A stretch of DNA of 64,000 nt from Cyanophora paradoxa CCMP329 (Eukaryota; Plantae; Glaucophyta), in contig QPMI01000477.1 in NCBI GenBank assembly GCA_004431415.1, positions 620,001-684,000 on the forward strand, written 5' to 3'. The position numbers were made by a program, and so were the translations under genes. This document shows positions 19,493 to 27,754 of the stretch, in pieces. Every line of letters begins with the position of its first letter. The first letter of the stretch is position 1. A model generated the notes under the pieces. It made no database searches and was not told where the DNA came from. It saw nothing but the letters and a program-made list of their open reading frames with translations.

Positions 19493-19532
19493 TCTACCAA
19501 TCGCGTTTTTAATTTTTCTTATTTATTCATAA

Positions 19533-19934
19533 ATGAATACTCATCGAGGCTTCCATGTGATGCTGGATTACAAATTCAGAACCCAATTAGCAGTAGGAGT
19601 GGAAGACTTGGAGACAACAACCAGGTGGTTAATGCAGTTCTTACAAACTATTATTCAAGAGCAAGGTATTCGAGTAGTTCACAAGCATTGCGAGATTTTC
19701 GATGGTGGTCTTTCTCCTCCTGGTTTTGCAATGGTTCTTCTGCTGGATGAGAGCCACTGCACTGCTCATTGTTACTCAAATGAAGGTATGTTGGCGATTG
19801 ATATATTCAGTTGTGGATTAGAAGCAGAGAGAAAAACCACGAGAGTATCTCATGAGATAGATGAGAGAATAACAGGTGTGTTTTCAGGGTTGGAGAAATC
19901 GGAGAAACATAGAGTATTGCGATTTCCGAGTTAG
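19533..19934 (+). CDS. speD: Prokaryotic-type (class 1B, SpeD/SpeH-like) S-adenosylmethionine decarboxylase proenzyme
   Basis: GFHVMLD, F...PPGFAMVLLLDESHCTAHCY...GMLAIDIFSCG with the E-SH pyruvoyl self-cleavage site; 133 aa. Substrate not provable from sequence. Confidence 0.88.
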   Translation: MNTHRGFHVMLDYKFRTQLAVGVEDLETTTRWLMQFLQTIIQEQGIRVVHKHCEIFDGGLSPPGFAMVLLLDESHCTAHCYSNEGMLAIDIFSCGLEAERKTTRVSHEIDERITGVFSGLEKSEKHRVLRFPS

Positions 19935-19965
19935 TTGACACTGAGAAATTCAGAATTTCACATGG

Positions 19966-20472
19966 TCTTACTGAAATCCGTCTTGTGACACCTATTTAAT
20001 TGACTGTGACGCCTCTTTAATTGACTGTGACGCCTGTGACGCCTGTGACGCCTACTTTCAAACTTTTTAAAATTTTCAAAAATGACAGACTTCTGAAAAC
20101 TGCCGTCACAGCCGTCACAGGCGTCACACCCAATTAAAAATGGAATCTCTTTCTCTTACTGAGATTTTCGAGAATATATTCTTGTCTTACTGAAATCCGT
20201 CTTGTGACACCTCTGACACCTACAAAACACTATCCATTAATCAACCTTTTTGAAAATGCGAAGTTGTCTTACTGGATATCGTCTGCAATTTCGCTGTGAC
20301 ACCTAATTTAATTGAGTGTGACGCCTGTGACGCCTGTGACACCTACTTTCAAACTTTTTAAAATTTTCAAAAATGACAGACTTCTGAAAACAGGCGTCAC
20401 AGCCGTCACAGGCGTCACAGACATTCCACCCCTCTTACTGACTTTCTCAAAAACAAAACTATCTCTTACTGA
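19966..20472. repeat. Duplicated iteron-like module: (TGTGACGCC)x3 - 49-bp AT-rich spacer - inverted x3, plus CTTACTG motifs
   Basis: Copies at 20026-20128 and 20317-20419. Confidence 0.92.
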
Positions 20473-20531
20473 ATATCATTTGAATACTACCTGTCACACT
20501 TGATCTCAATTATTCTGTTTTATAGAACATA

Positions 20532-20798
20532 TGCAATCTAATCGATTGTTCAATTGGAGACCATGCACCTCTGTGACACTTTTCGATCTAAAATATACAT
20601 CCGCAATCTCATCGATTGTTTAATTGGAGACCATGCAACTATGTGACACTTTTTGGGTGCAAAAGTGCCCATCCCCATTATAATCGATTGTTTAATTGGA
20701 GATAATGCAACTCTGTGACAGTTTTTGGGTGCAAAAATGCAAATCAGCAATCTCATCGATTGTTCAATTGGACACAATGCAACTCTGTGACACTTTTT
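20532..20798. repeat. Four 70-72-bp direct repeats (ATCGATTGTTYAATTGGA...ATGCAACTCTGTGACACTTTT)
   Basis: ATCGATTGTT at 20541, 20611, 20683 and 20755. Confidence 0.92.
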
Positions 20799-21109
20799 GC
20801 GTTTTTCGATACAGAATGGGCGGTGGTCTACTTCAATACAAGAGAGATATATCGAGTTTATGCGAATTTATGCAATTTAATCGCGATTATTTCGTTCTTT
20901 AAGTAGTTTAATGCAAATTAATCGCAGTTATATATGTAATCGACAAAGAACATAATCAATCGATATAAGATCAATTGATTCAATCGTAAATATGCATAAA
21001 GTTAAACACGTTTTTCATTTTTAATACAAAGTTTGCATTAATTTATACAAAGTTTGCATAAAAAGTTAAAGAATTTAATCGATAAATACGTATTTTAGTA
21101 TTAATTTTG

Positions 21110-21204
21110 ACACATATGTATAAACTTATTTAAATCCAGAGTGAATCGAGATCGCGAAGCGATCGAGATGAACGAGGGATTTAAATAAGTTTATACATAT
21201 GTGT
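21110..21204 (+). other. 95-nt terminal hairpin of element B
   Basis: Perfect 28-bp arms 21110-21137 / 21177-21204, inner stem with G.A mismatches, GCGAAGC cap at 21154-21160; ends exactly at the host junction. Confidence 0.95.
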
Positions 21205-22843
21205 GCGGCGGCCCCGGCGATGACTGCGGCGATGCAGCCGGGGAGGGAGAGACCTGCCGCGCAGTGCGCACGTGTCATTATTTCAATCGGATCCATCAGG
21301 ATTCACTCGGAACCGGAGTGGCGCACCAATCTCCCAGGCAATTGAAAGGCCGTCGCGGGTCCCGCGGCCGCCCTGGAGAATCACAGTCAGCAATTTGCGA
21401 GCTAGCGCTAGCGCTCGCGATCGAGGGCTTATAGTTGCCTGAATGAAGGCAAGGGCGGTGCTGAGAACCACCCCAAAAGCGTTGACGACTAGCACCTGCC
21501 GAGAAATTGAGCCGGTTTAGAACTGCGCAGAGGCCACAGATCAATAAGGCTGCGGTGGTGGACGATTCGGACCTGGAGGCAGCGTAGTTGGACAAGGGGG
21601 GAGGACAAGAGAGACCCCACCGCCACCGCCACAAGCAGGCACGACGGCATCGTGAGCAGCTGCGCGTAACGAATGAAAGCTGCAATCAGAAGTGCATCGA
21701 ATTCGGCGCGCCCCGCAGGCGATTGCAGGTAGCGACTATACTCATCGAATACATTAATAGATTTCGAAATAGATCTTAATGTGCGTACCCAGGAAATGCA
21801 GAAAGCGGTGCAATACAGCGTTGGGATTGCGGTGCAAGCGACGGCCTGCGGGTGGCCGGATCGTATTAATACTATACGGAACGTATATGTGTGGAAGGCA
21901 CGCGTGCCTGCCACCGGCGCCGCAGAAGGGAGTCCTCGTGGCGCGATAGGAGGGCGAAGGCAAGCGCAGCGCATGCCACGGTGGCGATGGCGAGGGTGAC
22001 GGCGAAAGGCACGATGTTTCCCTCGAGAGGGGCCTTCCACATGGCCAGAGCCAGGACAGCGCCTGTCATGATCATGATCAGGAAACTTCATTTACAATAG
22101 AATGTCAGGAATTAATATAGATACCTGCTGCGGCCAGTGGGATGGCGGAGTACGAGATTGCGCCCCTGCGATTGCTCCAAGGTCAGGCCAAGGGGGGGAT
22201 TCCGGGCCGCGGGCCGGGCGCGGCCGCGGGAACTCGGCCGTGGACGGACCGGGCGCGGGCGATGCGGGTTCGGCTCCAGTTCTGGAGAAAAGCTCGTTCG
22301 ACGGTCTGGTTGGAGAAACGGCGCGGAAGAAATTCGAAGGGGGCGGATCCGGAGCTTAAGGGGGCTTGGGGCGGGGCCTGCAGTTGGCTGCGCATGCGCA
22401 TGCGAGGAGCCGGGGAGGGAGATGCGGAGCCCTCAATCTGGGGGCTTGGCGGATCCGGAGTCGGGGCCTCTTCGAATCCGCCCAACCGCAAGTCGTGCGC
22501 GTGTACTCGGTTCAGGGGAAGGGGAGAAACGGAGCGAGACAGGGCCGAAGGGCGAAGAAGAAGGCTTCCGCGGCTGGCGGGAGATCCGGACACGGGGGAG
22601 GATTTGTCAGAGGGAGACACCACATGTACACCGATCGATGGGCCGCGGCCGGGGCCCGCGGCTGGCCGCCCCGGCGATGCCATCGATTTCTTCAAATTCG
22701 CTATCGATGTCAATGTCGGGCTCGCCGGGAGTGATGGGGGCGCTGGCCGCGGGGGCGTTGGCGTTGTTGGGCGCGCCGGCCGCGGCAGTTGAGATGACAA
22801 AACGATCGCTGGCCGCGGCCGGGCTCAAGTTGGTCATGATCAC
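21205..22843 (-). pseudogene. Host multi-exon, multi-pass membrane protein gene interrupted by element B
   Basis: Hydrophobic exons (IVPFAVTLAIATVACAALAFALL; CLLVAVAVGSLL; VVNAFGVVLSTALAFIQ; LSIAWEIG|LSLPGCIAAVIAGAA) separated by short introns; the last exon is open up to the junction. 5' end uncertain. Confidence 0.55.
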
Positions 22844-23591
22844 TCGGCGTGCACGGGAAGGTATCCGTGGCGCCGCTCTCCATGATCTTACAGCTAAGAG
22901 TGCTTCGGATGCTATGATACTATGATATGGCCAGCTACGTACGTAATCCGATCATGATCAGAACTTTCGGAAGCTGAATTGCCGCAGTGCAATCCTCGTC
23001 CCGGGACTCCCGGCGCGAGCCGGGGTCGGCGCCGGCGCGCCGCGCTGTACTACGAGACTAGTACTCTGAGAGGTATCTTCGCCAGATCTTCGCCAGATCT
23101 AGAACTGGGCGCCGGAGGGCCCGAGTAACCAGCCTGGCAGCTAGGCCAGGACCTTTTTTACCAGGCTAACCACGTGCTGCGTGCCGTGCACTGGGCCAGT
23201 CTGCAGTGACTCAGTGACTCTGCACTGAGTCTGCAGCTGAGTCGGTGACACGGTGTACCGTGTACCGTGTACCGTAGTACGTAACGCACACTGTGACAAT
23301 ACGTAGTACATATACATGTACCGTCTACGTATACCGTATACGTAGATGCACCGTCATGCACGTGCACGGTGCACGCGGGCCGCACGCGTACGCGCGCGTA
23401 CGCCGCACGCGGCGCGCCCGTGCGCGGCACGGCGTCCGTGCGCGGCGCGGCGCCCGGCGCCGGCCCGGCCGGGCGCCGGCCGCGCCGCCGGGCGCCGGCC
23501 CGGCGGCTCGCGTACGCCGGGCCGTCGCCGGCGCGCGGGGCCGCGCCAGGCACTGCGGCACTGGCAGTCTGGCACGCACTGCCACGCAGTA

Positions 23592-23849
23592 CCGCGTGGC
23601 ACTATAATACCGCGCCCACTTAATTACCGCGGTACCAAATTACCGCGCCGAGAATTTGTTAAAACGCGGTAATTTGGTGCCGCGGTGCTGCAGCCAAGTT
23701 GCTCCATACAGTACCCCCCACAACTACCGCCCCATACAAGACTCAAGTTTTTTTAAAACGCGGTAATTTGGTACCGCGGTATTTTGGCCACCCCCGGGCC
23801 GGAGTTTTTAACGCGGTAATTTATGCCGCGGTAATTTAGTGCCACACGG
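23592..23849. mobile_element. MITE, Tc1/mariner-pogo type (258 bp)
   Basis: TIR CCG(C/T)GTGGCACTA..TACCGCG, TA on both flanks, internal AATTACCGCG repeats. Confidence 0.85.
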
Positions 23850-23951
23850 TAGTACGTATACCTACTAAGTTACTAAGTTAGTACTACGGTAGTAGGCATG
23901 CGCAGTATAGTATGAGTATACTATGATACGTACTAGCCTAGTACTAGTAGG

Positions 23952-24487
23952 CAGTGATGGCATTCTTTCTAGAAACATTTTTTAATTCTGTTCCAGGAAT
24001 AATTCCTAGAATGATTCCTGGAATGGTGCTGGGAACGCCGTTCTTTCAGGAATTGTTCCGAATAAGGGGGGGTACTTGTTCGTGCATGGGATTTTTTCGC
24101 CAGAACGCAGCACACAGCGTCCAGCAGAGCGCGCCCGTATCGCAAATCGATGTCTGGTGAGAACGAGGGCTCAGCTGGCCCGTCGGAGTCGCCTCCGCAA
24201 GCGGTCTGCCCGACGACGTCGACGTCGACAGCTCGAGCTCACTGCTGCACCTTCGAACGCATGAATATGCTTCAATATTTAATGCTTGACAGTTCATACA
24301 GTGGTCTCGCAAAGCGGAGCCTCGGAGAGGGGCGGACAGGGCGGGGCTGGGCCGGCGTGGGGTGCGGTACGCGTGTATGAGGGAAGGGTTTCTAGAAACA
24401 ATAAAGAATTCGGAATCTTACTAGGAATATTCCAGGAATTATTCCTGGAATGGGCAGTTTTTCGGTTAATTCGGAATAACATCACTG
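23952..24487. mobile_element. Non-autonomous hAT-type element (536 bp)
   Basis: TIR CAGTGATG..ATTC, perfect 8-bp TSD CTAGTAGG (23944-23951, 24488-24495), subterminal GGAAT/ATTCC repeats. Confidence 0.9.
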
Positions 24488-24499
24488 CTAGTAGGCCTA

Positions 24500-24755
24500 C
24501 CGTGTAACACTTAAATATGACGCCATCTGAGATGTCGTTTATAAAACCTGGACTCCCGTGCGTGAAATATGACGCTCCCAAATTATATATGTCGCTATGA
24601 AATTCAAGGTTTGTATGGGGCGCGGTAATTTTGTATCATTTTGTATCGCGCCCAGGAATTATGGCGCTCCCAAATTATGTCGTTATAGCAAAATTTCGAC
24701 GACATAATTTGGGGATGACATATTTAAGTGCGCGTCATATATAAGTGTTATACGG
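24500..24755. mobile_element. MITE, Tc1/mariner-pogo type (256 bp)
   Basis: TIR CCGT(G/A)TAACACTTA(A/T)ATATGACGC, TA flanks, internal ATATGACG repeats. Confidence 0.87.
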
Positions 24756-24994
24756 TAGTACTAGTAGGCCCTGAGGCTAGTACAAGTAGTAGCCCCCTAG
24801 TACTGTACTAGGCTAGTAGCACTAGTAGTGGCACACTGGCACGCACAGTGCACCGTCGCACATGTGTACACACAGACTGCAGCTGTGAGACACAGACTCA
24901 CACAGTGTCCCAGTGTCGTGAGTCGTGACTCGTGACAGATCATGATCACTGAGTCATCGCGATCGCCGAGTCGGTGCAGTCACCGACTCACCGT

Positions 24995-25506
24995 TAGGGC
25001 TGTGGTCGCTGGTGGTCGCTTCGCTCGCGAGGTCCCAGCGGCCGCTACGCTCGGCGTTTTCCGCCAGCGACGCCTCCTCGCTCGGCGTTTTTTGTGGCCG
25101 ACAGGCGCCAAAAAAAGCCCCACCACGCTTTTTTCTCATCTGAAGGTCGACGTAGGTCGGCGTAGCCGATTAATTATAATCTTGCTAAATTCCGACTGTT
25201 TTCAAACATCCAGGCGCCCCGTTTCGTTTCGCCCAAAAGCAGCCTGCAAGCCGCCTGCGGCTGGCCTCAATCTCGCTGAAATCGACGCATGGCTCGCAAA
25301 ACCAAGCATTAAACCTAGGCCTGAGTTTGCGGCTTAAGAGCTTGTACGAACAAACTAAGCGGAACAGATAGGTTTTCGATCGGTTTTCAGCATTTTTTCG
25401 TCAGGTTTTGGCGGTACCCCCAGCTGAGCGACGGGCCAGCGACGGGTGCCGCTCGCGGCGCTATAGCGGCCGCTGGGCCCGGCCCCCCCCAGCGAGCACA
25501 GCTCTA
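24995..25506. mobile_element. Non-autonomous hAT-type element (512 bp)
   Basis: TIR TAG(G/A)GCTGTG(G/C)TCGCTGG, perfect 8-bp TSD CTCACCGT (24987-24994, 25507-25514). Confidence 0.9.
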
Positions 25507-26327
25507 CTCACCGTACGCGTGCAGTACCGTAGTACGATGCAGACACTGACAGTCATGCAGTCAGTGACATGTACAAATTAATATTGTGTCAGTGACTCTG
25601 TCAGTGACTAGTACTCAAGTGAGACTCGACTGAGTGATGAGTAGCACTGAGTACCACTGTACCGGTACCCGGTGACCACACTGTGACAGTACCACTGTAC
25701 CAGTATCGAAACCCCGAGCATTAATATCCACACAAGGGGTCCGGCCCCGTCCGGGTCTAGCCTAGTAGATTTAGCGCTAGCAGCCTGGCAGGCCTGAGGT
25801 AAATATTTAGTACTCAGCCCTCATGCAAAACTTTGGTACTAAAAAGATCCAGTATACTAAATATTTCCCGAATTACAGTAGTCTGTAGACGTACTGTAGC
25901 TATATAGTACTCTGTAGTAGAGTCTGTAGTAAACTCAGTACTACGACCGTCGGACTCTCTAGCCTACCGGTACTACGGTAGTACCGTAGTACTACGGTAG
26001 TACAGTACTACTGGTACTACGGTAGTACTAGTGAGTCTAGTGACCCAGAGGCCTAGGGATAGTCTGTCAAAAAACAGAGGAGTCGATGTTAAAAAAACGA
26101 GCTGGTCGATCTTAAACAAAACAATCGCGGTTCGAGTCATTCGACGGGTCCGATAGAAAACAACAGAAAACATTATCGATATCGATATCATGATCAAAAA
26201 TCGCGATTTCGAAATTTTCGATCGACAGATATTGATTCAGGAAGTTCCCGGGTCGACGACTCGACGACTCGACGTCCGGGACTCCGGGTTAGTAGGGGTT
26301 AGTAGTAACTTAGTACCCGTTGTAGAC

Positions 26328-26574
26328 TCGTGTAACACTTAAGTAATGCGCGCACTTAAGTAATGCGGTACCGAATTAATGCGTTTTTTGCTGACAAAAC
26401 GCATTAATTTGGGACCGCATTAACATCGAAACGCTAGAAACTGCTGTATGCACCCCCCCAACTGCACCCAAAAAGCTTCAAAACGCATTAATTCGGTGCC
26501 GCATTATTATCAATACTCGGGGTCCGGGTCCAAAAACGCATTAATTTCTGGCGCATTAATTAAGTGTTACACGG
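26328..26574. mobile_element. MITE, Tc1/mariner-pogo type (~247 bp)
   Basis: TIR CGTGTAACACTTAA(G/T)TAATGCGC, right end CGG-TA intact, left end degraded, internal ATTAATGCG repeats. Confidence 0.8.
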
Positions 26575-27754
26575 TACTAGTAAGTTGTAGTAACTTGGCT
26601 ATATCCCATAGTACCGGTAAATCGGGTACCGGACCATTCAGCGACAAATTATAAAGTCTGGTAGCCTGGCATCATCACTGATTCATCAGTCACATGATCA
26701 GTGGCATGCGCAGTGCCGCCGACTGTGCGCATGCGACCACAAATTTTAAAGATAGGCGCGGATAGCTATCATAGTATATAGACGGGGGAGGGTAGTCGTC
26801 TAACTAAATCCTCGTCTATATGTCCTTTTGCGTAATTTCTTAGGTAAATTCAAGCTAATTCTCGTCATCCGTCTATCTTGTAAACGTCTAGATCTATCAC
26901 GACAGGTGGGCAAACGTCTAGCAAAAGCGACGTCTAATATAACTTACGGTAATGACCTTACAGTAAGTGTCAGTATTACTCAGTAACCGTGTACATGTTT
27001 TTGGAAATCACTTTTCGGAGTCTCTTGAAGTTAAGACTTGAACGCAAGGCGTCGCAAGCTGCCATATGGCATGGACTAGCGCTAGGTAAAACGGAACGGC
27101 TACGGTGGGCCGTCGGTGGCTACCTGCCTCCCCCATGGCCAGCTGCGCATGCGCACTGCGGCAGTACTAGTGCGCATGCATGCAGCCCGCAGCGCTCGGC
27201 CCCACGGCCCCCACCCATCCCCCGCTGCCCCCCGGGCCCCGGCCCGGGCCACCCGGCACGCCCTGCAGCTGGGCAGTGGGCACCGTGGCACCCGGCCGCC
27301 GGGCGACGGGCCTCAGGCCCTCAGGTGCCGCCGCTGGTCACGGGTGCCCTCAGGGCCTTTCCCGCTGTCACAGTGTCTTCGAAAAATTCTAGCCGCTCTA
27401 CGTATGCGTTATATCTATACAGATCACTTTCATGCAATGGAGCTGACTTGATCGAGCACAGAATCGAGCACAGAGTTATTTCCGACGACCTCGTCCAACT
27501 TCAGCGTGGCGTGATCATGATCGAAATCGCTTTAACTAGCTGTACTCTGTCTGCCTTCTCAGCGCTGTGCGTGAATGTAAAGATGGAAACGTTAACAGAG
27601 CTGCGACCCCGCGATGGTGGGCATGCGGCGTACCCCCCGACCCCCTCCTCCCCCTCTCGCCGCCTGTACATGTGCGATAGGATCCGAGACGATCGCATGC
27701 GATCGCAGTCGATTCGATGACACAGAACCGCGCGCAACGACGACGAGGTCACCG

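Larger units (their letters stand above)
7093..21204. mobile_element. Endogenous Polinton/Maverick-like virus, element B (right part)
   Basis: pPolB 3' fragment, rve integrase, lipase, fibre cassette, subterminal repeats, and a sharp AT-to-GC junction exactly at the end of a terminal hairpin (21204/21205). Confidence 0.88.

Noticed and set aside
20532-20798. 70-72-bp periodic repeats as a CRISPR-like repeat/spacer array
   Set aside because: The variable parts are related to each other (GGGTGCAAAA, GCAATCTC), consistent with diverged tandem repeats.
20312-20906. VTPVTPVT and other short ORFs in the subterminal region
   Set aside because: Translations of iteron-like repeats.
21110-21204. Hairpin as a Helitron 3' end or transcription terminator
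   Set aside because: Much longer than a Helitron hairpin, no CTRR end, no U-tract, and more than 1 kb from the nearest gene.
26989-27720. 243-aa plus-strand ORF
   Set aside because: GTG start, low complexity, no recognisable motif; lies between transposon debris and a gene 3' end.
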